This document shows positions 42,303 to 52,286 of a stretch of DNA of 64,000 nt, piece after piece. Source of the stretch: Prolixibacteraceae bacterium (GTDB taxonomy: Bacteria > Bacteroidota > Bacteroidia > Bacteroidales > Prolixibacteraceae); assembly GCA_028282705.1 (NCBI GenBank), contig JANQHI010000008.1, positions 87,644 through 151,643 of the forward strand, given 5' to 3'. The position numbers and the translations under genes are program-made. Position 1 is the first letter of the stretch. The number at the start of each line of letters is the position of its first letter. The notes under the pieces were generated by a model that saw only the letters and a program-made list of their open reading frames with translations, searched no databases and was not told the origin of the DNA.

Positions 42303-43658
42303 ATGAAACATATAATCAATATGGTGCTGGCATTTATTGCCTTACTTGTACTTGTTGCTGTCCAGGTATTTGTAATTAATGAAATGTTCCAACTAAAAAA
42401 AGGTGAGTTTGATAAAACTTATGAGGAGGAGGTTTTTTATGCACTTGAACAATTCAATTATGAAAAATCCCAAAGCCCTTTTAGTTCTATATTGTTGAGC
42501 CTGAATAACTATGCTGACACAACCTTATTGAAATATCCTGTATTTGAGTTTGAAGATTCTTTGGTGAAACTTGAAGTGGCTAATGAAGTGAAAAGTGTAA
42601 TGGCTGAGAATGACAGCATTTCTGTTTTTTTGGCCAGTTACTTAGGAAATAAAAAGCTTGAAACAGATTTTCAATCAGGATTTCAAATAAGAAAATTCTC
42701 TTTGATCCATTTTAATGACAGGTATAATATCATGGATGGGAATGTGGGGGGCTTCCTTGTAAACTCTAGCTCTATTTTTATTCAAACCATAACAGCTGAG
42801 TACAATTTTTACCATATTGAGTTTGATTTTTATATTGATTTTACCCATAAAAAAAAGGTAATCATCAGGGAAATGCGCGTTGCCCTTTTGTTGGTTTTTG
42901 GCACCATCTCTATTGTTTTGATAGTATATTTATTGACGTTACGCAACTTGTTGAGGCAGAAAAAACTTTCAGAGTTAAAATCTGATTTTATCAATAATAT
43001 GACCCATGAATTAAAAACCCCACTATCAACCATTTCAGTGGCCAGTTCTGGGCTTTCTATAACCAAAGGAGGAGGTAATAAAAAACTTGAGGATTTAGCA
43101 GGGGTTATTAAAAAGCAAATAAAGCTGTTAAATAAAATGATTGACCAGATACTGGATATCAGCATGTTGGAAAGGGCTGGGTTTGTAATATCCAAAAATA
43201 CATTTGAATTGGTGGCTTTTTTTGAAGAAGTAATTGGCTCATATAAATTAAAAAATAAGGACAAGGAATTAAACATCTATTTTGTGCATCAAATTAAAGG
43301 TTCACATTTTGTAATGTTGGATAAGTTCCAACTAAATAGGGTGCTGTTGAATTTATTATCAAATAGTGTAAAGTATTGTAATGAGGTACCTGAAATAAAG
43401 ATTAATATAGAAAAGGATGATAACCAGTTGGTTATAAGGTTTAAAGATAATGGTATTGGTATCCCCCAAAAAGAGCAAAAGCATGTGTTCAATAAATTTT
43501 ACAGGCTCGAAACTGCCCGGGAAGTGGGTGTAAAAGGGTTGGGGCTGGGGCTTTATTTTGTAAAAAAAATTGTGGAAGCCCATAATGGGTATATTGAAGT
43601 TGAAAGTACTCCAGGAAAAGGCAGTACATTTGTAATTACAATACCTTTAGAAGGTTAA
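42303..43658 (+). CDS. Sensor histidine kinase (HisKA + HATPase_c) with a periplasmic loop of about 170 aa
   Basis: Two TM helices flank the extracytoplasmic region. The H-box is FINNMTHELKTPL, the N box is LLSNSVKYC, and the G boxes are DNGIGI and GLGLGL. Confidence 0.9.
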   Translation: MKHIINMVLAFIALLVLVAVQVFVINEMFQLKKGEFDKTYEEEVFYALEQFNYEKSQSPFSSILLSLNNYADTTLLKYPVFEFEDSLVKLEVANEVKSVMAENDSISVFLASYLGNKKLETDFQSGFQIRKFSLIHFNDRYNIMDGNVGGFLVNSSSIFIQTITAEYNFYHIEFDFYIDFTHKKKVIIREMRVALLLVFGTISIVLIVYLLTLRNLLRQKKLSELKSDFINNMTHELKTPLSTISVASSGLSITKGGGNKKLEDLAGVIKKQIKLLNKMIDQILDISMLERAGFVISKNTFELVAFFEEVIGSYKLKNKDKELNIYFVHQIKGSHFVMLDKFQLNRVLLNLLSNSVKYCNEVPEIKINIEKDDNQLVIRFKDNGIGIPQKEQKHVFNKFYRLETAREVGVKGLGLGLYFVKKIVEAHNGYIEVESTPGKGSTFVITIPLEG

Positions 43659-43669
43659 ACTGATGGCAT

Positions 43670-44332
43670 ATGAAGATATTGTTGGCAGAAGATGATATTG
43701 ACCTTGGGAATGTTTTATCCCATTTCCTTGAAGTGAGTGGTTATGAAGTTTTCCTGGTAAGGGATGGGGAAGAAGCTTATAATTCTTTTAATGAATATGA
43801 ACCTGATATTTGCTTGCTTGATGTGATGATGCCAGGAATGGATGGGTTTACCCTGGCTGAGAAGATCCGGAAAAAGGATGGGGAGGTGCCCATTGTTTTC
43901 CTGACAGCCAAAAACCAGAAAAATGACAGGATCACTGGCTTAAAGTTGGGTGCTGATGATTACATCACTAAGCCCTTTGAAGTAGAAGAATTGCTGTTAA
44001 GGATAAAAAATATCCTGAAAAGGTCTGCTAAGGTAAATGCTGAAGTCTTAAAAATAAAAGATGCCACCCTCTCTCAAAACAGGCTTTCAATAGGCAACAA
44101 ACAATTCAGGTTAACACAGAAGGAAGTAGAATTAGCCCATTTGTTGTTCAGGAATAAAAATAGGGTTTTAAAAAGGGAGGATATCCTTAAAGAACTCTGG
44201 GGTGAAAATGATTATTTCCTGGGGAGGAGCATGGATGTTTTTATGGCCAGGTTGCGCAAATACTTCAGCAATGCTGATGGGGTCAGTATTGAAACTATCC
44301 GTGGTACAGGGTATATTTTCCATGTTGAATAA
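43670..44332 (+). CDS. OmpR/PhoB family response regulator
   Basis: A REC domain (CLLDVMMPGMDG, TAK, DDYITKPF) plus a winged-helix output domain (LTQKEVELAHLL...IRGTGYIF). Confidence 0.93.
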   Translation: MKILLAEDDIDLGNVLSHFLEVSGYEVFLVRDGEEAYNSFNEYEPDICLLDVMMPGMDGFTLAEKIRKKDGEVPIVFLTAKNQKNDRITGLKLGADDYITKPFEVEELLLRIKNILKRSAKVNAEVLKIKDATLSQNRLSIGNKQFRLTQKEVELAHLLFRNKNRVLKREDILKELWGENDYFLGRSMDVFMARLRKYFSNADGVSIETIRGTGYIFHVE

Positions 44333-44449
44333 ACAATAATCTTTTTAATCAGTTCCTAAGTGTTAAAGAATTGTAACCATGGCATGGTTAAAGCATTTTC
44401 TAATTGCTTTTTAGTATACTTGTTGCATAATTAGGCAAAAATTGGTTTC

Positions 44450-47344
44450 ATGGTCAGGAATATTCTTTTTTGGGTATTTATCTTAGGTATTTCTTTGCAA
44501 CTTAATGCACAATACTTTCAAACTGGTGAGGACCCTGCTTCCCTTAAATGGAGGCAGATCAACACAAGTAATTTCCAGGTAATTTACCCTGAAGGGTTTG
44601 AAGCCAATGCCCAGAGGTTGGCGCATTCACTTGAGGAAGTGTATAAATATGGAAGCCAAACATTGAAGCATAAACCTAAAAAAATATCCGTCCTATTACA
44701 TACCCATACCATCTATTCAAATGGGTTGGTAGCTTTGGCTCCACACAGGATGGAACTGTATACCACACCCCACCAGTCAAATTATCCACAAGATTGGCTT
44801 GAACAATTAGCAATCCATGAATTCAGGCATGTGGTACAGGTTGATAAAATTGAAGAAAGCATGCCTGGCATAGCCAGGTTGCTTCTTGGGCAACAGGCTA
44901 CAGCCCTGGCTGTTGGGGCTTACCTGCCATTTTGGTTCCTTGAAGGGGATGCAGTGGTTGCCGAAACTGCTTTAAGCAATTTTGGGCGTGGTAGGCTGCC
45001 TTCATTCCTCATGGAACATAAAGCCCAGGTTGTTGAAAAAGGGGTATATTCATTTAGTAAGGCTTACAATGGGTCATACAAAGATTTTGTCCCAAACCAT
45101 TATAAGCTAGGCTACTATATGGTGGCAGCCAGTAGGCATAAGTTCGGCAGGAATATTTGGGAGCCAGTGGCCAGCAATGTGGGTAAAAAGCCTTTCTCAT
45201 TTACCCCTTTTAAGGGTTCTTTGAAAAAAGAAATAGGGGTAAGCCCAAAACAATTATATGAACTGGTTTTTGATAGTTTAAAAAGTGCCTGGTTGGCAGA
45301 TGACCTACATTATAAGCTAAAAGAATTCACACGGGTTACACCAAAGCCTAAAACATTTACCAATTACCAGTTTAACTTCTACCATCCTAGTGGTAAGATA
45401 ATTACCCAGAAATCTTCCTCGGATGAAATAACAAGGTTTGTGGCTTTGGGAAAAGATGGGAAAGAAAAGAGGGTACATACACCAGGCAATATTTACAATG
45501 AATCAGTAAGTTTCACAAATGGGGTGTTAGTGTGGTCAGAAAAAGTACCAGATGAAAGGTGGGCGCATAGTGGAAATTCTGTTGTCCATTTCTTGAACCT
45601 GGAGAATGATTGTAAAAAAGAGTTTAAGCCTGAATATAAGGGGGTTAGCCCTGTCCTTTCTGAGGATAAAGACAGGGTTGTAATGGTTGAAGCTGATTAC
45701 CAGAATAATTTTTATTTATCAGTTTATAACATTAACTCAGGGAAGCTGTTGGCACGTTTCCAAACACGTGGGAACAACTATTTTTTCACGCCCAAGTGGC
45801 TTGATGCCAATTCTTTGGTTGTTATTATGCTAACGCCAAAGGGTAAAAAGCTGGTCCATGTAAATCCATTTACAAAAGAGTTGCAAGATTTAACTGATGA
45901 AAATTTTAGGGAATTAAAGCACCCTGTGGTTTCAGGTAATACTGTTTATTTTATCAGCAGCTATTCTGGTAAAAATAGCCTTTATGCCCTGAACCTTGAT
46001 ACCAAGAAGGTAGCACAGGTTTATGAACCCAGGTTTGGGGTTGAATACCCTGCTATTTCTCCAGGGAAAAGTAAAATCTTGTTAAGCAATTATACAGCTG
46101 ACGGGTTTGGGCTAATTGAAATCCCATTGGACCAGAACAGTTGGAAGCCTATTACTGAAATTAAGAAAGGGAAGTACCCCTTGGCAGAGAGCATGAAAAA
46201 ACAAGAGCCTGGTGTAATTGATTTCCAGGCACTTGATACTACCAGTTATAAATCTTCACCATACAGCAAACTGGCAAATATCATTAATATACATAGTTGG
46301 GCCCCCTTGGCAATTGATATAAATTCATATGATATCCAACCTGGGGTAAGTATTATGTCCCAAAATGTATTGGGTACAGGCCAGGCATCAGTTGGTTACA
46401 AGTGGGATACCGATAATAAAGAAGGCAGGTGGTATGCAAACTATATTTACAAAGGTTGGTACCCCCAGTTTGAGTTTGAAGCAAGCACTGGCAAAAGGGA
46501 ATCTCAATATTACCTGGTCAGGCAAACATTAAATAATGAAGGTGAAGTAATAAAGCGCGATACAACTCTTGAGGGTTATGACTGGCAGGAAACACGTTTG
46601 GAAGCTGATATCAAGCTGCCTTTAAACTTTACTAAGGGTAAGTTTTTCAGGCTATTACAGCCTGAATTAAAATATGAGCTAACATCCATAAAGCAAGGAA
46701 ATAGTTCACCAGAAAACTTTTTCAATGGCAATTTACAGACCTTGGCATACAGGGTTTATTACCATCAAATTTTGAGGCAATCACCTCAGGATGTACTTCC
46801 TGATTTTGGGATTATTTTAGATGCCACTTACCGCCATTCCCCTTTTGGGGACCTTGATGCTGGCAGCATCTCTGCTTTCCAGGCAATAAGTTATTTGCCA
46901 GGAGCCTTGCCTAACCATGGTGTGCGCCTATATTATGGTTACCAGGACCGTGGGGATGGTCCTCACAATTTGTTTAGTGATGCTATCAGGTACCCACGTG
47001 GTTGGGGTAAGTCCAGTAACGACAACATGTACACGTTTTCAGCTGATTACAGGTTGCCCCTTGCTTACCCTGATTTAAGTATTGGGGGCATTATGTACCT
47101 GAAACGTTTGAGGGCTTCCATATTTGCTGATTTTGCGCGCCAAGAAGGGGTCATTTATGAAAATAATACCCCTGTTGCTGTTTTTTCCAGGAATTTGTCG
47201 AGCTATGGGGTTGAGCTAGTTGGAGATATGAATTGGTTCCGTTTTTATGCCCCTGTGCAGCTAGGTTTCAGGGCTAGTTATTTGCGTGAGCTGGAAGCCA
47301 TGGATTATGCTGTTTTGCTGTCAATTAACTTCACCTCTTTTTAA
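44450..47344 (+). CDS. Large secreted protein: peptidase-MA-like HExxH domain, PD40/TolB-like repeats and a C-terminal Omp85-like beta-barrel
   Basis: 964 aa with a signal peptide (LQLNAQ). It carries LAIHEFRHVVQ and, downstream, WFLEGDAVVAE. The middle has a TolB-like repeat region. The C-terminus alternates in beta-strand fashion and ends in ...LLSINFTSF. Confidence 0.65.
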   Translation: MVRNILFWVFILGISLQLNAQYFQTGEDPASLKWRQINTSNFQVIYPEGFEANAQRLAHSLEEVYKYGSQTLKHKPKKISVLLHTHTIYSNGLVALAPHRMELYTTPHQSNYPQDWLEQLAIHEFRHVVQVDKIEESMPGIARLLLGQQATALAVGAYLPFWFLEGDAVVAETALSNFGRGRLPSFLMEHKAQVVEKGVYSFSKAYNGSYKDFVPNHYKLGYYMVAASRHKFGRNIWEPVASNVGKKPFSFTPFKGSLKKEIGVSPKQLYELVFDSLKSAWLADDLHYKLKEFTRVTPKPKTFTNYQFNFYHPSGKIITQKSSSDEITRFVALGKDGKEKRVHTPGNIYNESVSFTNGVLVWSEKVPDERWAHSGNSVVHFLNLENDCKKEFKPEYKGVSPVLSEDKDRVVMVEADYQNNFYLSVYNINSGKLLARFQTRGNNYFFTPKWLDANSLVVIMLTPKGKKLVHVNPFTKELQDLTDENFRELKHPVVSGNTVYFISSYSGKNSLYALNLDTKKVAQVYEPRFGVEYPAISPGKSKILLSNYTADGFGLIEIPLDQNSWKPITEIKKGKYPLAESMKKQEPGVIDFQALDTTSYKSSPYSKLANIINIHSWAPLAIDINSYDIQPGVSIMSQNVLGTGQASVGYKWDTDNKEGRWYANYIYKGWYPQFEFEASTGKRESQYYLVRQTLNNEGEVIKRDTTLEGYDWQETRLEADIKLPLNFTKGKFFRLLQPELKYELTSIKQGNSSPENFFNGNLQTLAYRVYYHQILRQSPQDVLPDFGIILDATYRHSPFGDLDAGSISAFQAISYLPGALPNHGVRLYYGYQDRGDGPHNLFSDAIRYPRGWGKSSNDNMYTFSADYRLPLAYPDLSIGGIMYLKRLRASIFADFARQEGVIYENNTPVAVFSRNLSSYGVELVGDMNWFRFYAPVQLGFRASYLRELEAMDYAVLLSINFTSF

Positions 47345-48550
47345 AGTGATCAATGTTATTTCAGGGGGCATGTCTATCCTCCAGTTGATACCTATTGTCC
47401 CCAGCCCCCTGTTTACATAAAGGTATTGCCCATTGTGGTGGTACAACCCTCCCCATAGGCTCCTGGTAAAATATATCAGGCTGAATTCAATTCCTGCAGG
47501 CTTTAAGCCCCATTGCATACCATGTGTATGCCCTGAGAGGGTTAGGGCTATATTGGTATCTTTAATGGCCTTGCTTTGCCAGTGGGCTGGGTCATGGGTT
47601 AGAAGTATTTTAAAGGCATTTGCAGGTATTCCATCCAAAGCTTCCCCAAGGTCTGCATATTGTGGGAAGGGGGGATGCCCCCAGTTTTCTACCCCAATTA
47701 AGTAGATGGTGTCATTCTCTTTGGTAAGTGGCACAGACTGGTTGTTTAAAAGGGTAAACCCAGCTTTCCCAACACCATTAATGATCCCATTAAAGTTTTG
47801 CTGTTTTTTAAGGCTATCCTCCCAATTGAAGTAGTCTCCATAGTCATGGTTTCCCAGGATAGCATAATTGCCTGGGTAGTTGTTGGTTTCAGTTAGTATT
47901 TCCTGCCAGGGGGATAGCTCATATGAAAAATTGTTAACCAAGTCACCTGTAAAAAGGGTATAATCAGGATGTAGCAAATCCAACTTTTTTACCACCTTTC
48001 CTGGGAGTTTTGAATGTGTGCTGAAACTTCCCAGGTGGAAGTCTGAAATATGGGCTAACTTTGTGGCATCAAAAGCTTCTGGGAGGTTTTTAAAGGAAAT
48101 GCTAACTTCCTTTACCTGAAGCATTTTTCGCCCCCAAAAAGAGCCATAAAGGGTAGTTATAATGATCCCGGCAACTAAAATAATGCCCATGTTCACGATT
48201 ACCTTCCTTGGTTGTTTCCTCCCGAAGAAAAGTGATATAAAATACAGGAGGGAAAGTATAAGCCTGGAAACAATATCAGTAACAAGGACAATATTAAAAA
48301 AGAAATATGCCTTGTAATTGTCAGAAGTGCCTGCCGTGTTTGGGAAAATAAACAGGTATATGAAATGGAACAAAACATAAATGCTGTAAGCCCAAAATAT
48401 TGCCAACAATATTTTTTTCCTTTTTGGTGGGTAGGAGGTGGTTACCCCTGAAATTGCTTTTGATACCAGAAATGTTAAAAACAGGTATAAGGTAAAAATC
48501 CCCAGTAAAATAATTATTGGTAAAGCCCTCATATAAATTTCTTTTCCCAA
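47321..48550 (-). CDS. Membrane-anchored metallophosphoesterase (YaeI-like)
   Basis: Several N-terminal TM helices are followed by ISDFHLG, TGDLVN, GNHD, LTHDP and SGHTHG. The start may be Met7 at 48532. Confidence 0.85.
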   Translation of the reverse strand: MGKEIYMRALPIIILLGIFTLYLFLTFLVSKAISGVTTSYPPKRKKILLAIFWAYSIYVLFHFIYLFIFPNTAGTSDNYKAYFFFNIVLVTDIVSRLILSLLYFISLFFGRKQPRKVIVNMGIILVAGIIITTLYGSFWGRKMLQVKEVSISFKNLPEAFDATKLAHISDFHLGSFSTHSKLPGKVVKKLDLLHPDYTLFTGDLVNNFSYELSPWQEILTETNNYPGNYAILGNHDYGDYFNWEDSLKKQQNFNGIINGVGKAGFTLLNNQSVPLTKENDTIYLIGVENWGHPPFPQYADLGEALDGIPANAFKILLTHDPAHWQSKAIKDTNIALTLSGHTHGMQWGLKPAGIEFSLIYFTRSLWGGLYHHNGQYLYVNRGLGTIGINWRIDMPPEITLITLKRGEVN

Positions 48551-48661
48551 AGATAGCTTTCATGGCGAAATTAAGGTAAAATCCCTTTTTTTTTCTGGCT
48601 GTTGCCCAGGATGTATTACGCAAACCTGAAATAAACCAGTTGATACAGAATTAGTTAAGCC

Positions 48662-48669
48662 TATTTTTG
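48662..48669 (+). promoter_or_regulatory. TATTTTTG -7 promoter element with no downstream ORF
   Basis: Exact match to TAnnTTTG, with a TTG 19 nt upstream (48640-48642). Hairpins lie about 100-170 nt downstream. Confidence 0.35.
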
Positions 48670-49201
48670 CATAGATTTTACGTTTTCAGGATTGTATATT
48701 TTAAAATGATAGCATCATCATACATAAATTTTTAGGCTGTGAGCAGGAAAAAACCTTAACTATTCCAGCTCGTACTTATATAAGTACCTTTTTACCATAA
48801 ATGAGTTTTCCCAAGCAGCCTTTCCTGTTAGGCTGGTTTTCATTTTTATTAGTAAAAAATAGAATTTACTGGTTTAAGTAGGGTGGTGGGGAACGGAAAA
48901 GTAAAGTATACAAAAGTTAATAGATCAAATACTCTAAAAATACACATATCTATACAGAAGCTGAAAGAAACAATTCATATTAGTAAAACATTAGGGAAGG
49001 TAATTAAATATAAATTTAATATTTTATTATTTTATTCATATATCTCTGAAAATAAGATATTTAAAATATTTAACTAAAGTCTTGGATTATGAATTAGGTT
49101 ACTTTTGTTACCTATTGCCAGCCAAATTAAATTATTAAATATTTACAATATTCATATTCAGTTATTTATGATGTTTATTTAAATATAAACACTAGATGTA
49201 T

Positions 49202-49266
49202 GGTAATTTAAGGTATCACTATGTTTTTAAGGTAATTATGAAATATTATCTATTCTAATGGTAATT
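49202..49266 (+). repeat. GGTAATT motif repeated at a 29-nt period
   Basis: GGTAATT occurs at 49202, 49231 and 49260. A further copy lies at 48999, and GGTACTT at 49284. All are in the AT-rich spacer upstream of the HTH gene. Confidence 0.55.
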
Positions 49267-49343
49267 TTTTAGAAGTGACAAATGGTACTTACCGGATTCA
49301 TGATTAGTTACAATTGTTATTTGTAAATATTGAATTGATTCTT

Positions 49344-49351
49344 TACATTTG
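49344..49351 (+). promoter_or_regulatory. TACATTTG -7 promoter element
   Basis: Exact match to TAnnTTTG, 43 nt before the ATG at 49395. Confidence 0.4.
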
Positions 49352-49394
49352 TGTATTGCTGTGTGGGTAGTGTAAATCCTAAAAAGTAGCTAAG

Positions 49395-49826
49395 ATGAAA
49401 GACAGGATCAAAAAATTTATGAAGGACAAAGGCATAACAGCTGCAGAATTAGCTGATTTCATAGGTGTCCAACGTTCAAATGTATCCCATATTTTAAATG
49501 GGCGCAACAAGCCAGGGGCTTCTTTTATAGAAAAACTGCTGATCCATTACCCTGAATTAAATGCCAGGTGGCTTTTTATAGGTACTGAGGGTATGTATAC
49601 CTCAGGCAAGCAGGCAGGAACAGGAGACTTGTTTGCCTCCACTAAGAACCAGGGGCAGGAAGCTCCAAATGAAAAGAAGGCTAAGGAAACGCCACCATCA
49701 GAGGTGAATGAAGAGGTTAAAGGGGTATATAATAAACCTGAAAGTAAGGATGGCTCTGTAAGAGAACCTGATAAACTCATCATAACTTATTCAGATAAAA
49801 CATTTGAAATGTTCAGCCACAAATAA
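49395..49826 (+). CDS. XRE-family helix-turn-helix protein
   Basis: The N-terminal HTH is ITAAELADFIGVQRSNVSHILNGRNKP. The C-terminal half is low-complexity and looks disordered. Confidence 0.8.
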   Translation: MKDRIKKFMKDKGITAAELADFIGVQRSNVSHILNGRNKPGASFIEKLLIHYPELNARWLFIGTEGMYTSGKQAGTGDLFASTKNQGQEAPNEKKAKETPPSEVNEEVKGVYNKPESKDGSVREPDKLIITYSDKTFEMFSHK

Positions 49827-49888
49827 TTTTTGAAGTTAATTTCAGCTCCTTTCATAACCTTTTCCCACCCAAAATCCTAAAATATGGT

Positions 49889-49896
49889 TATCTTTG
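49889..49896 (+). promoter_or_regulatory. TATCTTTG -7 promoter element upstream of pyrK
   Basis: Exact match to TAnnTTTG. The context ATGGTTATCTTTGC is identical to the thrS promoter. It lies 55 nt before the GTG start. Confidence 0.5.
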
Positions 49897-49951
49897 CCCA
49901 AGTTTTGCTCGCTGTGAGCACATAGTGCCCAAATTATTTAAATAAACGTGT

Positions 49952-50728
49952 GTGGAAAAGGCTGTAAACGATTTTGTTGTTATTGAGAATGCTGCACTAA
50001 ATGCAACCAACTTCCGGTTAAAACTTCAATCAAAAACCCCATTGCCTGGCATTAGGGCTGGGCAGTTTGTCAATGTTGAGGTAAAAAATTCAAATGAAAT
50101 ATTCTTAAGGAGGCCATTCTCTGTATTTGAAGTAGACTATAAAGCAAATACATTGAGCTTATTGGTGAAAATATTGGGGAGGGGCTCTAAAAAGCTTACT
50201 GAAGTTGAGGCTGGGGAGGATATAAGCCTGGTTTACCCCTTGGGGAATGGCTTTACAATGCCCCAGCATGGCGATAAGGTATTGCTGGTTGGGGGGGGGA
50301 GTGGTATTGCCCCCATGCTATTTTTAGCCAAAGACTGTGGCCTCCCACCCGAAAATGTGCATATTTTAATTGGGGCTCGCTCAAAGGAAGACCATATTGA
50401 TACAGAGGGCTATAAAGAATATGGCACCATTGGTTTTACCACTGAAGATGGCTCGCTTGGTGTAAAGGGCTTTGTTACCCACCACCCATGGTTTGCTGAA
50501 GGGCTGGCTGGTTTTGATAAAGTTTATACATGCGGCCCTGACCTGATGATGAAAGCTATTGGAAAAGCTGCTGTGGAAAAGGGCGTTTTTTGCGAAGTTT
50601 CCCTTGAAAACTTGATGGCTTGCGGGTTTGGGGTGTGCCTTTGCTGTATTGAGCCTACTAAAGATAAAGGGAATGCATGTGTATGTACTGAAGGGCCTGT
50701 TTTTAATATTAATTCATTGAAATGGTAG
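49952..50728 (+). CDS. pyrK: Dihydroorotate dehydrogenase (class 1B) electron-transfer subunit
   Basis: The FAD/NAD-binding fold has RPFSV and GGGSGIAP. The C-terminal 2Fe-2S cysteines are CGFGVCLCC...CVCTEGPVF. The start codon is GTG. Confidence 0.9.
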   Translation: MEKAVNDFVVIENAALNATNFRLKLQSKTPLPGIRAGQFVNVEVKNSNEIFLRRPFSVFEVDYKANTLSLLVKILGRGSKKLTEVEAGEDISLVYPLGNGFTMPQHGDKVLLVGGGSGIAPMLFLAKDCGLPPENVHILIGARSKEDHIDTEGYKEYGTIGFTTEDGSLGVKGFVTHHPWFAEGLAGFDKVYTCGPDLMMKAIGKAAVEKGVFCEVSLENLMACGFGVCLCCIEPTKDKGNACVCTEGPVFNINSLKW

Positions 50729-51633
50729 ATTTACGAGTAAAAATAGGGGATTTGGAGCTTAAAAACCCTGTGATGACTGCCTCTGGCACCAGTGGCTTTG
50801 GGGAAGAGTTGGCCGAATTTTTTGATATTTCAAAGCTAGGGGGCTTCTTGCTAAAGGGGACTACCCTGCACAACAGGGATGGGAATGATTACCCCAGGAT
50901 GGCTGAAACCCCTTCTGGGATGCTGAATGCAGTGGGGTTGCAAAACAAAGGCTCTGACCATTTTATAAACCATACTTACCCTAAAATAAAAGATATTGAC
51001 ACCCACTTTATTGTAAATGTAAATGGCTCAACCATTGAGGAATATGTAGAGTTAACAGAAAAAATCAATGCACTGGATAAAATACCTGCCATTGAATTAA
51101 ATATCTCTTGCCCTAATGTCAAAGAAGGGGGGATGGCTTTTGGGGTAAACTGCCCTGCTGCTGAGGCTGCTGTTAAAGCTGTAAGGAAAGTATATGATAA
51201 AACCCTGATTGTTAAATTGTCGCCAAATGTTACTGATATTGCAGAAATAGCCAGGGCCGTAGAAGCCCAGGGGGCTGATTCTGTTTCATTGGTAAACACG
51301 TTCCTGGGCATGGCTATTGATGCTGAAAAAAGAATACCATTGCTTTCTACTATCACTGGGGGCTTGTCTGGGCCTGCTATTAAACCTCTGGCATTGAGGA
51401 TGGTTTGGCAGGTTTCACAAGCTGTTAAAATCCCTATAATAGGGATGGGGGGCATAATGGATGCTACTGATGCCATTGAATTCTTCCTGGCTGGTTCAAC
51501 TGCCATACAAGTAGGTACTGTTATATTTAAAGACCCTTTGTCCCCATTAAAAGTCCTGGAGGGGATTGAAAGTTACCTGGAGAAGCATAAATATAATTCC
51601 TTATATGATATAATTAATAATTTACAAATGTAA
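50722..51633 (+). CDS. pyrD: Dihydroorotate dehydrogenase (class 1B) catalytic subunit
   Basis: [29 protein letters not shown] and GMGGI. It overlaps pyrK by 7 nt. Confidence 0.95.
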   Translation: MVDLRVKIGDLELKNPVMTASGTSGFGEELAEFFDISKLGGFLLKGTTLHNRDGNDYPRMAETPSGMLNAVGLQNKGSDHFINHTYPKIKDIDTHFIVNVNGSTIEEYVELTEKINALDKIPAIELNISCPNVKEGGMAFGVNCPAAEAAVKAVRKVYDKTLIVKLSPNVTDIAEIARAVEAQGADSVSLVNTFLGMAIDAEKRIPLLSTITGGLSGPAIKPLALRMVWQVSQAVKIPIIGMGGIMDATDAIEFFLAGSTAIQVGTVIFKDPLSPLKVLEGIESYLEKHKYNSLYDIINNLQM

Positions 51634-52286
51634 ATCAATAAGATTGACCACCATTACCCAGGGTTGCTATTCTTTGATAATATACGGTAATAGACTCATT
51701 AATAGATAAATATATAAATGTCAAATGTAAATTTTTCTTCAAGCTTAAGGTTGCATTTGTGATTTAATTCTTAATGGTTTAATTTTTCTTAATCTACTTT
51801 TCGTGTTAGTGGTTTTAGTGAAATGTATCCTGTCCTGGATTTATATATTTTTAACCCTTCTTTGAAATTTTCTAAAATAATCAAAGCTAAAGGGCTTATT
51901 TGTATTCCATATTTTGCATAATGGGTTAATAATTAATTTATTAAGGTTTTCAAAAGCATATTCTGTATTTAGTTGTAGGCTGTAGCCAACTAGAAATGCT
52001 GTTTTGATTTTTGGGGAGATGGGGTGTTTAGATGCAAGCTTTAAATATTTGTTAATTATAGGTCATGCACAAACTTTTATTTAAACTGAGGTTCAATTCA
52101 ATGCAAACTAATTAATGCTGGTTTTCAAGTTGTTAAAGAGTAATAATATTGATTTATTTATAAATTTTCTTTAAATTATTAAAACTTGGGCATGGGATAG
52201 GGCAATTTGATAAATTGCAATGTGAACATTTCAATTTTGAGATTGTTTTTTAAAGTACAAATAGCAAATTATAATAAAATCATACT

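Noticed and set aside
48883-49077. A 64-aa ORF in the long AT-rich spacer.
   Set aside because: The start is GTG and the sequence is extremely AT-rich and Lys/Ile/Asn-biased. There is no promoter-like element directly upstream. It looks like a chance open frame.
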